DNA from: Neoechinorhynchus agilis
Lineage: Eukaryota; Animalia; Acanthocephala
NCBI GenBank assembly: GCA_051530055.1
Contig: CM121341.1
Coordinates: 18,268,784 to 18,332,783, forward strand
Direction of reading: 5' to 3'
DNA: 64,000 bases
The position numbers and the translations under genes are program-made. Shown here one piece after another: positions 1 through 11,329 of the stretch. Position 1 is the stretch's first letter. Every line of letters begins with the position of its first letter. Under the pieces are notes generated by a model that saw only the letters and a list, made by a program, of their open reading frames with translations, was not told the origin of the DNA and did not search any database.

Positions 1-11
1 ATTCTATTAAT

Positions 12-435
12 TTAACAAAGAGCCCATTGCAATCGAGGGGTGGGTACCAAAGATGGTAGAGCGGTTTTGCGTGATAATAGAATTGACACATGGAGCAAAG
101 GCGTGGGTATGATGATCACGCTTATCCCAGACAACGTCGGGTTCGGAAAAGGAACGTTTTTGAGATGATGGGGGGGGGAGAGAAGGATGGAACAATGGTC
201 TAGAACCTTTTGCTTCTTTGAACTTCTTGCTCCTCTTCTGAACTTCTTGCTCCTCTTCTGAACCTCTTGCTCCTCTTCTCTGCCCATATTTAAAGGGGTC
301 TCCCAAGGTGCCGTACTTTCCCCTCTCTTTGACATTTTTCTAAATGACCTTCATCCCTTCACTCCCCCCACCAAATATTTTCCCTATGCCGATGACTTCA
401 CAGTCATTACCATCGCATCTCTCTCTCAGCTATTG
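12..435. mobile_element. APE-type LINE remnant with internal inversion (endonuclease-region piece on minus, RT piece on plus)
   Basis: Plus strand 285-435 translates to KGVSQGAVLSPLFDIFLNDL...YADDF (RT motifs). Minus strand 12-170 shares gatcacgNttatcccagac with the LINE at 35750-35770. Confidence 0.7.
219..278 (+). repeat. 20-bp tandem repeat, 3 copies
   Basis: The unit tgaac(t/c)tcttgctcctcttc occurs at 219, 239 and 259, at the junction between the two oppositely oriented LINE pieces. Confidence 0.9.
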
Positions 436-479
436 TCAAGGTTACGTAGAAGCGTGTCATAAATGCAAAGTAGGGCATC

Positions 480-2140
480 AGTTGCAGAAAATCTGGGTCG
501 GAAGCCTGGAGGTCGGAGCTCTACTCACGATCGCGTTAATTTCGGCATGTCTAGACGACCGTCCGGCTGACCGAGTGCATGATAGTGAATGTAATCTTTT
601 GGCGTCTACTTGCCAGCCGGAGCGACATTCGTGTGGGAAGCAGATGGGCACCCAATTACAAAGAGAAAGCTATCCGGAATTTTTCGTTGTCCAAAAGTCC
701 CCAACTTTTCGGCCGGGATAGCTAAAAGCCAGGCGCCGGACTCCTTCGTAGAGCAAGCTATGAGTCGCGAACGTGACCTCTCCTTCAGTTGGTCTAGAAG
801 TAATCTGTGAACCTTCTGCACGATCGATGAGTCCTACGATGACTGCTTTTGGCACTTCTGGGGTATTGTGGCTTGCCCTACTTTAGAGGTCCACAAGGAG
901 AGAGCATTATTAAAATGCTCTTCGTTGGACTCAGGATAGATCTTAAGGGAGTTCTCTCGACTAGGCGAAACCGGGGAAAGAAGGGCCGGCAATGCGACGT
1001 CTTCCATGAGTCGGAGTCCTGAACCTCCGTAGTTGGAGGGTAACGCCACTTGTTTCCACGAGGAATGGTCGAAATCGATATTGACGATTTGGCTGAGCTT
1101 ATTCCGAAGAAGATCATCCAGACTCGATGGATTATCCTTGCACGCGAAGGCGGGTGCAGATCTCAGTCTGTGCAAAAACTTTGGGATGTAGAGGCAATTT
1201 TCAATAAAAATAGGCATCGTGAGACTTTAACTCTGAACATCTCTCACACAGCAAACTCAGTACGTCCTTCGGAACATTCTCCTTGAAAACGCATGAACCC
1301 AGGAGACTGAAGTCACAAATGTTGATTGGTTTGCTAGTGTACTTTCGAGCTTTCGGTTTCGTCCATGTTCAGGAGTAGCAATTCACACTTTGAGCTGTTC
1401 AACTCGAGGCCTATCTTGGAGCTGATCTCGATGATGCGGTTAAGATCACCCAGAACAGAGAGAGGGTCGCCTCCCAGGATGCCGTCGTTCAGGTACCAAG
1501 CGTTGAAGTTCGATTTTAGTGACCTCACCAATGGATTGATTGCAATGGTGAAGCCTATCGGACCGAGAGGGTCACCCTGCTGCACGGATTACAAATCAGT
1601 GGTGAAGGGGTGCCGTAGGCTGTGAAGAAATATTGTAGAGCCTGTGGGATGTGCATTTTAACATCGTCAAGTAGGGCATTCCGTTCCAGGGAATTGAATT
1701 CAAGACTACGCATCGATCCGTCGACGTTTCAACGAAGTTCCTTATGGCGTGAACGATTGTTTCGGCTCCACAAGGAGAGCAACAGCCGAGCTGCGCTGAG
1801 AGGAGTAGGCAGCCAACAGTGGAAGAAACCCTTTTCGAAACGATTTTGGCCACTAAACGCCTGAAAGTATTGCCAACAGCGATGGGACGGGTGCCACCCT
1901 TTCTTTTCGTTAGGGCTTAAATGGAGGCAGAGAATAGAAGCTGAGTAGGAAACGATCCTAGATTGTGGTTACCCACTTCCCGAAATATACCATTCGAGAT
2001 ACTCTGGTCTTCCTCGGTTGCAGGCGGCAATTGTCGTCTGGGAGCAAAAGGCTGAGTTTGAGTCGGGTGGGTAGATCGTCGTCTACGGTGACGTCGGATT
2101 GAAGTTATTGCAATCGGTTCGTAAAGATGGACGCATGTTG
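480..2140 (-). mobile_element. CRE-like (REL endonuclease) non-LTR retrotransposon, degenerate and 5'-truncated
   Basis: RT motifs QQGDPLGP and AWYLNDG (1334-1585), thumb WKQVALP..GGSGLR (834-1217), RLIACSTKESGAWL (606-821) and RHAEINAIVSRA near 500-560. Confidence 0.9.
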
Positions 2141-4045
2141 ATCAGTGACAATTCAATTTTACAATGATCATCAAACAATCGCTTTATCGGGTATGGGGTA
2201 TTTCTTTGTTTCAAAAAAGATTTTTGAACGCCAACAGCAACCCTCAATTGTTTTAAGTTCGGATTTACTCAACTTTTTGATGTTCCTGTATCCTGGTCAT
2301 CTATTTTCTGATCATATTTTAAAAACTCAGGTATTTTTATATTGATTACTAATAAAAATCACCGATATAAATACTTCTGAACGAATGAGGTCGTTGTCAG
2401 AGCGAATTCGAATTGAAGAAACATCAAGAAGGTGAAGATAAGAAAGTTGGAATTTCTTGTGCTTCAATGCTCAAGTAACCAGCGACCTAGCTTTTAATGT
2501 CCAATCGAACACATAACGATTATTAAGAATCGCCGAAAACAATTCACTTTGAAAAAACGAAATATCGACGAAAAAAAGTTCGATTTTTAAAGGGAGCATT
2601 GTTATTTGTTGATAGGAGAGATAAATGAAATTAAGCAATAAAATCTTAATTTCATTTATCTCTCCTGTCAACAAGGAACAATTAATGTAATCGAATGACT
2701 GCATTGGAAAATTCTTTACAAGAAGGATATCATTTTCGGCTTTCCTTTTAAGAACCATAAATCGGTGTGAGGCTTTCAGTGAACGATAAATAAATCATTT
2801 GACCTAGATGGATTCCTTTTGAAAGACGTAATCGGTAATGCATCCTAATATCAACATTCATCGACGATTAATTATGGCTTTCGTTTTTAAAACTCGAATA
2901 TGTTCATTGTTGATCGAAAATACCGTGAAAATATTGGGGCAGGTCAAGCAAGCTGATACCAAGATGATTCACGTTTAAATACCGATCAGAGTTTTGCATT
3001 TCTTCCTTTGGCTTTCAAATTGCGAGCTAAAAAATAAGGTAGATAGTCGGTAGCAAGATGGAGTTCAACTAATTGCTTGCTAAGATCTATTATTATGAGA
3101 CGATAAACTAAAATTACATTGGCAGATTAATCTTGGACATTTTTGGTGAAAAGATTAAAAAATTCCATCTTGAAAAAATATCAAGCATTTATGGACCATC
3201 AGACATCTTTGAACCATATCAGTAATTCAGCTAATAAAATTAATTATTCTCAACCGATAATAAACAAAATGCGTCATTGTTTATGTTGCGTATTAACTAA
3301 TATCGATTGGTTGATAGCCATATCGTGCAGCTATTTGTGTTGACGTGGTGTGGAGTGAGGGTGCGGTTCATAAAAATAATAAAAACGGTTATGAAGCACC
3401 TAACAGTTTACCAGAAAAATACATTGAGAATTTTAAAGATCATCACAATATGAGCAGAAAATAGAAAAATTAATGGGTAAAAGTAGGTTTTGCAACCACA
3501 GTAATTTTTAGTCCGGTCGAACACAAAAAATGCATTGCACGTCGTGACACAGAGCAGTTGAAAAAATGGAAGTTGAAATCGCAAAAGATCATCCCATATC
3601 TGCAATTCTCAATTTAGACCGTTATCAAGAAGCACGTACACCTCTCGCTTTGAGGGCGTCACTCAAGCATGAAAGTCTTTGCCATCGCGATGACAAGGTA
3701 CCCATCCAAATAAAAGAGCGTTGGGCCTAGAAGAAGTTTCTTTTCCTAGAGACGTTCTAGGACAAGACGAGATCTTTTCCGACTTAGGTTCGAGATCATA
3801 CTCATAGCGATCATTTCTATAGTTTGAATCTCAACTTTCTGCACCAACAGAAAGCAAGCCACAATCTGCGAGGATGAGGAGTGGCGGGTCTGTCTACGGT
3901 GATGCAGGGACGGTTTCGGCCTGTTCCCGAAGGTGATCGAGTCTCTTGAATGGCTTCGGCCTTCGAGGGCGGCGGACTGCGCTTCCTGAGCAGTATGGCT
4001 CAATAATGAAATAAAAGAAAATATTCGGTGATATGCAAATTCTGG

Positions 4046-4466
4046 ATTTTTAGGCTTTACTGGCAAGCCGGTATGTTATGATCATTCAATTTTAGTCAAT
4101 TCCTTTCTTGTCCGGCTTATTTATTTAGGCATAAAGCCAAACCAATTACATCAGAGAAGTGATATAACCACATAGTCTCTAATGCACGGTTAAGAGTTTG
4201 TACATTCCTCCGGATCCTCAGATACCTCCAGGAGGCGGGACTCATCAGTGAGTTTCCTCCCTTCAGCGGTATTTCGTCCCCTTTGGCTGTGCGTCATTGG
4301 TGGTAACGGATTCGAACCGCCTCCTGGAGGTATCTGAGGATCCGGAGGAATGTACAAACTCTTAACCGTGCATTAGATACAATGTGGTCATATCACTTCT
4401 CTGATGTAATTGGTTTGGCTTTATGCCTAAAATAAGCCGGACAAGAAAGGGATTGACTAAAATTGA
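4046..4466 (-). mobile_element. Family 1 foldback retroelement (tRNA-like head plus permuted hammerhead) with 13-bp TSD
   Basis: Near-perfect inverted arms at 4083-4238 and 4317-4469. Direct repeat atgcaaattctgg at 4033-4045 and 4467-4479. Related copies at about 11.8, 40.0 and 42.3 kb. Confidence 0.85.
4207..4281 (-). ncRNA. Hammerhead ribozyme, non-circularly permuted, intact core
   Basis: Minus-strand RNA reads GGGAC-GAAA-UACC...GGAAACUCA-CUGAUGA-GUCCC...GGUA-UC/UGAG-GA-UCC. Stem II is GUCCC/GGGAC, stem III is AUACC/GGUAU, stem I is UGAG/CUCA, and the cleavage triplet is AUC. Confidence 0.75.
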
Positions 4467-5146
4467 ATGCAAATTCTGGGGTATGGTGCAAAAACTCTTC
4501 AAAACCAAGGCTTGGGGAGGCTTATTGTTTCTGGGACTAGAAATGAATTATCTTCGTCGAGGAGGGTCTATTATTTCACATATCTAAGACTTGAAATGTT
4601 AGAAGAGAAACAGGTAAACTCGATTACTCAGCGACAAGCGACATTCGTCTCATTTTAAAATATTCTTAAGATAAATACCACCAACAAATCTTCAAGAAAA
4701 CTTCTAATTACGATTTATTTCGCACTCAAAAAAACGCTGTTCACACATTCAATTCTTAAATTTAGAATATTTAATTAGGTAATGAATAAGGATTCCCCGT
4801 CTTGCTTTCCTGTTTGTATTTTGCTCTTCCTTGTGAAAAGATTCGCCATCTCTGGTTTCAATTATTGTTCTATCGGGTTCCGCTATCCTTTGTAATTTTT
4901 CAATAGATTCTATTTTGGGTTGCTTTTCTACACCACTTTTTAATTCCGGCATCTCTTTATCATATACTTCACGTTCTTTTAGTTTATTTCCATCTTCACG
5001 TTTTATATTAGCACCGTCAAATGCAAACGCCGTAGCTGAAAGATTCCTTTAAACATCAATCGAAGAGCGAATTCATACTTTTGGCTTTTACAAATTTCGT
5101 TTTGCAATAAATTTCCACCAGAGTTTGTATTAATAGGTCCACGGAC

Positions 5147-5445
5147 ATTGTCATGTAATTTTATTCGAGTTTGGCGATGTTTTTCCCCCGGATTGTTGTT
5201 GGTATTGATCATTTATTTAAAATATTTCGTAAGCTTTTTGCTTACCTCTTCAGTTGGGTCTACAAATTAAACTAAAGTCAAAATTGCCTCGGATCCGCGG
5301 GTTTGCCAAGCGCCGTGTATGGGGATCCGAGTTATTGCGAGCTTTCATTGACTGTATTATTATCGAATTATTTGGACATTTGTTCTTTTTGTAGTGGACG
5401 TAAAGATGATAAATTGCAAAATAGCGTTAGAAACGGAGTCGCGTT
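5147..5445 (-). mobile_element. Family 2 Penelope pLTR-like segment
   Basis: Colinear with the spacer and right arm of the 12289-12797 element; carries the same minimal hammerhead. Confidence 0.75.
5215..5262 (-). ncRNA. Minimal type I hammerhead ribozyme (Penelope type)
   Basis: CUGAAGA-G-GUAAGC-AAAAA-GCUUAC-GAAA-UA-UU, followed by AAUAAA. Stem I is weak. Confidence 0.55.
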
Positions 5446-5479
5446 CGTTAAAAGAAATGTAAGATTAATAAACTTTGCT

Positions 5480-5830
5480 TGCCCTGCAAAACTTCTGAAT
5501 AAGAGGGTTACGAAAGGCAAAGATTATTTGGGTTTAACGTTTTTCGCTGTTTATACCAGTAAAATACTTCATCATTTTGTTCTATAACTTTTGAAACCCG
5601 TAAATTTTAGGAAATAACCGCTGACAACGCGATCAAGGAGATAATCATAGAGTAAAATATCAATTATTAGCACTAATTTTGATTTTCTTTTGACATCAAC
5701 TGAGTTTAGCAATTTTACTAGGAAACTCAGTAATGATTCTTAGTTCATCGCAACGCTTAATCTTTATCTACTTATGAATAAATGACAAAAATGGACTTTA
5801 AAAAGATTTCATTATCACAATAAAGAGAGA
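5480..5830 (-). pseudogene. Possible highly decayed Penelope RT N-terminal region
   Basis: Frameshifted pieces VI..VDKD.AL..TKNHY, PKIYGFQK and PII resemble the Penelope motifs ADKG / PKIYGLPKIHK / RPII and occur in the right order. Confidence 0.3.
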
Positions 5831-6336
5831 TGATCTAGGAAATACAACTTACAATGACTTGGTAAAATGTTATTATGAGGAATTACTAATACATCAAAAA
5901 GTGGAAAAGTTAAGAGAACTTCAAATTAAGAAATCAATTATAACAAAATATCAGATGGTGGTTATATTTTTGAAAGTTGAAGAAAAAAATCTATTCAATG
6001 AATTATCGCAAAACAATATGATCAAGTTCAATGATATTTCGAGTAGGTCATTGATTTTCATGCTAAATCCACTGATCCAATATTTCGCACCTGTGCTATA
6101 AAAAATTCCCAATAATTGATTATTTATTTAAGAGTTTTTCATCCTTTAGAGAAAACACTAAGACAAATTAGGTGTTGTGTGAACGTTCAGTGAAAAAATG
6201 TAAACAACATAAGATGTTTTTTCATACCCTTTCAGTTGTTTTCTGCGCTGAAGGAATTACAAGAACAGGTGATGAAATACTCAAAATTGTTTATTTTCAA
6301 CCACAAATCGCAATTTACATGTTTCAAAACATACTT

Positions 6337-7300
6337 TTATGGGCATCCTTGTGACTGTTCTATACAGAAGTCCATCTTTGATTTCAAGTTTTCAATGTTG
6401 GGGGCCAAAAACTCTAAATTAGTAAGTCTTTTCTTTATTCTACATATACCCTCTTTCAGAATGGTGAGAGCTTTTGTGAACTGCTTTTCGTACGTATTGA
6501 ACAATACTTCTGAACAATCATCGATGAACATATCCAAGCTCACGATAACATTAAATTCATTGGTTGCAGTATCCGCGTCTAATATATTCGACATATTGGC
6601 CATCCATTGCCATAGATCACCCACACTAAAAAGTAAATCGTTACGATCACAAGACGGCATTTCGGATCGATATTTTATGATAAAAAAGTATAGCTTGAGA
6701 ATTGCAAGTTTGTTAATGTCGCCCCTAGAGGTATCAAAATGGCACCGAATCTCTGGACAAGCCATCACAATCTCTTCACAAAATATTCGTGCTAAATCCT
6801 TAGAGATATCATTGTGAATGGTAAGCAGGATAATTGCTTCTGCGATATTTCTAATTAGACGATCCTTCTCGGTCTCTGAACTTCTTGGGAGTTCACTGGA
6901 CAAGTATGAATCCATCATCGCACAAATTGCTATCAAACGGAACGATACTTCACGAAGCACCTACGGGCAAGCAATATAAATAATGTTTAACTTCAAAAAA
7001 TATTTTTCTTACATAGACAAAAACTTCATGAGAATTTTTATTCTTAAGACATACCAATAAATCCCTGAGTTGAATCGCTGAATTTTTCATGTTTTCTGCT
7101 AAAATTGCATTTACCCTGCAGCTCGTAACAACCATCTCGCCAATTGTATGCCGTTGAAACGGAATTGTAGACATAATTGAATCTCGTACCTTTGCGATAT
7201 TTGAATATTCTAACAAAGCTTCTGCTGAAATATCTTCAGCTGTTCCGCTTCGGCCCTCCTTAATTTGACGGTAAAGATTCTCAGCATTCATCTGAAACAT
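6337..7300 (-). CDS. GLE1: GLE1-like mRNA export factor (2 exons, about 300 aa)
   Basis: LWQWMANMSN..TAT..F..C..L..YEKQFTKALTILKE matches the GLE1 C-terminal pattern (W.W.A..LN..TAT..F..CG..L...Y..QF.K). A 52-nt gtaaga...cgtag intron at 6961-7012 joins the two ORFs in frame. Confidence 0.6.
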
Positions 7301-8344
7301 AGATTATATCCAGTGTAATAAAGGTCATAATTTACGTATCTTCGTTTTCGAAATTTTATGCATATTTTTCATTTTGCATACTAAAAATTAGTTTCGTCAT
7401 TTCTATGTATTAGAATGCGTATCTCGAAGCGTAATTTAAAACTACAAAATACTAATCTAGCTTTTTGTTCTTTTTTAGATTCGCAGGTAGCCCCCCAAAA
7501 ACAAAAAGGACATTTATTTCTGCTTATCTTTACCCATCTAACAAATCGAATAGTTAGGCGGCTGCTGTAAATAAATAAAGCCGTTTCAATTAAGAATCCA
7601 GAATGCTTGATTTAGAATGCTACATTTAAAATAAAATGTGACCGTTTTGTGCTTTGACGTTCAATATGTTCACATTGATCACTATTGCGCGCCAGCATGA
7701 AAACTTAAAATCACGATTTCTTTTTTCACAATCGGAAAAACGACCTTGAGTGTATGAATGTTTTCAGACAATTCAATTATTTTCCAAGCGCTTTACAAAA
7801 ATCGAAACCCATTTTTATGCTTAGAGCCGCTTAATATGCGTTATTCTGTAAAAATAACCTTCAGCTCTTTAATCTTTCCCCAGAGTTCGTACCTTCTCCT
7901 TTGTAATGCAGAACCTTATCAACAACATCCTATTGGAAAAACCCAAATGTTCACCCTAAAATTGTGCTTCCTATATGTAACTTTCGAAACAAATATTATT
8001 CTATTGTATATTGAACCTTTTCACTCCTATTTCCCAATATTCTCCAGCACTCGTTTCTTTTCTGTGGCTTAATGAGCAGCCTTTTTAGTTTCCTTCTTTG
8101 TTTTGTTGGATCCTACCTAGTTCGACTATTATCGATTTTCAACTGTTCCAAAACTGAAATTCACCATCGTCACCGCTATCATCTTTCCTACGTTCGTCAT
8201 AACCCCTAATTTTTCATCCACAATTTTCGCAACTGCACTTATTTGACATTCTCTCATTCCGCAATTCCCATATAATGTTTTTTATTTCATTTTTTCTTTT
8301 TATAACAAACACACAAAGTTTTTCAACAATAAGAGTTTATAAAC

Positions 8345-8880
8345 ATTAGCGCCACTGCCATGGATCACTCAGATTTCGTCCTGCTGTAGTGGTCGAATGA
8401 ACGGTTGCAGCGTTTGCCGTTGCACAGCCAGGCCTATGCTTCGTAATAGGAATGCTCCTGCCCTCGGATCATCAGTGATTCGTTTTAGTCTCTTGGACAA
8501 TTAATTGACTAGTTCCTAAGCCGCGGTACCAAACGACCCGAGCGTCTCAACACCAAAGGGAACAAAAGAATGATTTTGACTCAGGTCCCTGTATTTTGTC
8601 CTCCTGCGTTCCTCAGCATCGGTTGCTGTTCCCTGTGGTTTAATGGTGGCGAATTTTATGTTAATGGCTGTGAGCGTGTCGTCAAAGAGAAGGCATTTGC
8701 CTTTCCTCGCCACGGTAATATTGCGACACAATCAGATTCTCGGCCATCAAGTCGGCAAAGATTGCTCGGGACTAAGAATTTCGTTCACTTCGGCGTGCTG
8801 TGAGTATCTTCTGCCTGATTGCCGACAGACGAGACCATGACGTCCCGATTGTACCACGGTCACTCGGCAACTTTTGCTTC
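8345..8880 (-). mobile_element. CRE-like REL endonuclease 3' fragment
   Basis: EERRRTKY..FVPFGVETLGSFG, followed by DDPRAGAFLLRSIGLAVQR. Confidence 0.9.
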
Positions 8881-9236
8881 TCCTTACCGTCAGTACCGCT
8901 AGTTTGAGCAACCTTCCTTGTTGTCTTTCTATTCGTTTACTGTAATTATATCAGAAATTTACTTAGGGCTTTCCTTTCAATTCCCTTATCTTCAAATATG
9001 ATGTGTATAATTTTGCCAGAAAATTTTAGCCTTTACTCATCCATGTTTTACTGTTTATCTCTTCATCTGGTAAATTAATCTGAGTCACTATTTTAAGCAT
9101 GAGTTTAATGTTTGTATCAAAATCCGTTATAATTATTAAAATATTTAGAATGTCATTGCTAGACACAATCTGTACGATCTAGAGGAAGCACGCTTCATTA
9201 GTTGCTATAGCAATTATTTAATTAACTAAGATTAAA

Positions 9237-10100
9237 ATGTTTTGCGTAATGTTCTTTTCTCCTGGTAGACGAATCTGTTCCACATGTAATCAAGAAATCC
9301 AAAGCAGTTCTAAGGCTATCATGCTAAGCGGAAGAGTATATCATTCTCAATGCCTTGAATGTAACGAATGCGGTACTTCTCTGGCAAGCGGAGCATTTGT
9401 CCAACTTCTTAGAGATGAAACTAATGCGTCGACCGATTCTCCGTTACTTTCCTGTACGAAATGCTATAATGATCAAACTCGAAAATGCGCTCGATGTTCA
9501 ATTCCATTCGAACCGCATGATGGAATCCTGTTTTTTGCAGACCAACATTATCATGAGAATTGCTTCCGGTGCACGCAATGTAATGGATTGATTGGCGTTC
9601 TTGATTTCGTCAAAGACGATCAAGCAAGAGCAATCTGCATGAATTGCTTCAATAGGATAAGTTCCCCAAAGTTTTTAGCGTCAAAAGACATGTTGGAAAA
9701 AGTATGCGAAGTTTGCCAAAAGGTTTTCGAACATATAGACATTATTGTTTCCTACAAAGAAACACTATTCCATCCGAAATGTTTTCGTTGTGATCAATGC
9801 CACTGTAACTTGGAAATTCGTGCCTATGACAATAATGGCTTGAATAAGAATCTCGGAGTTTTGTGTGATACCTGCCACCAACTTGATGCTGTAAAATGTG
9901 CAAAATGTCTCGAGTTACTCGAAGAGCAAGAACATTCAGTTAAGTGGAATGGTCTTGAGTATCATGAGAAATGTTTCATCTGCACAAAATGTGAAAAGTC
10001 ATTGGTGCCTCAAGTGTTTATTGTTAAAAATAAGAAAATGCTTTGTCTTGACTGCGTAAGTCGAGACGATGGTGAGTATGCAACTAATGATAATTTGTGA
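9237..10100 (+). CDS. Four-LIM-domain protein (FHL/limpet/paxillin-like); the true 5' exon probably lies upstream
   Basis: Four CxxC..HxxCxxCxxC..CxxC repeats. A pyrimidine-rich acceptor ttttctcctggtag sits near 9268. Confidence 0.9.
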   Translation: MFCVMFFSPGRRICSTCNQEIQSSSKAIMLSGRVYHSQCLECNECGTSLASGAFVQLLRDETNASTDSPLLSCTKCYNDQTRKCARCSIPFEPHDGILFFADQHYHENCFRCTQCNGLIGVLDFVKDDQARAICMNCFNRISSPKFLASKDMLEKVCEVCQKVFEHIDIIVSYKETLFHPKCFRCDQCHCNLEIRAYDNNGLNKNLGVLCDTCHQLDAVKCAKCLELLEEQEHSVKWNGLEYHEKCFICTKCEKSLVPQVFIVKNKKMLCLDCVSRDDGEYATNDNL

Positions 10101-10964
10101 TTCTTTGAAATTCTATATTAGTTGAATAGTAAAGTATATAGTTCTAAGATAGCTCTTTAAGCACCAAGGCGGAACCTAGCAGGGAATTTATTGCAAATAT
10201 TTTGTCCTTAATTTTCAGGCGTGTATTGATTTATTATTTGATTGCATTCCAATATTACTCCCGGTCATGACATTTTCTATTTATTTGAAATTCAGTTGTT
10301 TAAAAAGGCTTTATATGTTATGTGTTCTAAGGCTCCTGGATCACCATTCCCAAAATTCGGGGACCATGTATTTGCTGGAATATCATGTGCTGTGCTGGCT
10401 TTTCACTGACATTTAAGACGCCGCTAACCGGTATTTTTAAACTAAAGTATTGTTTCCTTCCGGTTTTGCTCTATTTTTGCAAAATAAATGAAACCAAAAT
10501 CTGCGCGACGTCTATAAATCCCTTGGTGATTGGAGTGCAGACCGCACGAGTCGGCTCATTCTTACCCTTCCTCTTGAATTTACTTTTAAGGACGATCCCT
10601 TTATTATTGTGTAAAAGAATTTCAGTCTTTTTCCTCATGACGATTTTCTGTTGAACGATCGATAGTTGCAGCTTTTGATTGCGCGGTCCTCTCTTTCCTT
10701 ATTCCACGCAACTCGCGTGGGTGAAATCAGAGAAGCTCTAAGGAAATACCAAGTGACTGCGGATGCCCCAATGACCTATTCAACTTCCGAAATAATGCGG
10801 TGACTGCATTGCCTTGCGTTGAATGTTTAATCGTAACGTCCAGGAATAAAATCTCAACATTGCCATTTGACTACCCAATCATATGTTATCTTTTCGATGG
10901 TCCTTATTCGACAACAATACCAACCGATCGTCATGCGATTGAGCAAACCGATTTTCGTCGACAT

Positions 10965-11010
10965 GACCCTGAACAAAGAGTAAAACTCCGAAATATCGGT
11001 CCCAAATAAA
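10965..11010 (+). ncRNA. Degenerate minimal hammerhead
   Basis: GACC-CUGAACA-AA-GAGU-AAA-ACUC-C-GAAA-UA-UC-GGUC, then AAUAAA. Stem I is a perfect 4 bp, but core G8 is mutated to C. Confidence 0.5.
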
Positions 11011-11329
11011 TTTGTTTTCGACCGCGTATAGTGCTCAAATAAGAACAATCGAACAAACAAAACATGTTTTTATTGCTGCAAAAAAAAGAGGACCTTTGGG
11101 TCCGGCAGAAAAATTAGTCGGCAATCCACCAGCCCTCAAATTCAACTGCCGTCATACTCGCACACCATCGGATTAGTGCAGGGGCCTCGAACTCAAATGC
11201 TCCGAGGTCCAAGTGATGACTTTTAAAACACCTCGGAGGCCTCATAGCCAGAATGTGTTTAAAATGATAAAAAAAATAAGACAACATAATAAGAAAGTAG
11301 TGCTTTACAGAATTTCTTAAATCGATTTA

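Noticed and set aside
2145-4030. Short ORFs of 63-106 aa
   Set aside because: No recognisable motifs; cannot be supported as genes. Most other short antisense ORFs in the track are shadows of TEs or host genes.
4329-4355. Second hammerhead core CUGAGGA-UCCGGA-GGAAU in the family 1 arm
   Set aside because: There is no GAAA and no loop for stem II; the sequence is already explained as the cleavage strand of the permuted ribozyme.
8380-8480. CUGAUGA ... GGACGAAA on the minus strand
   Set aside because: It is the coding sequence of the CRE endonuclease C-terminus (ITDDPRAG); G10.1 and the UH triplet are missing.
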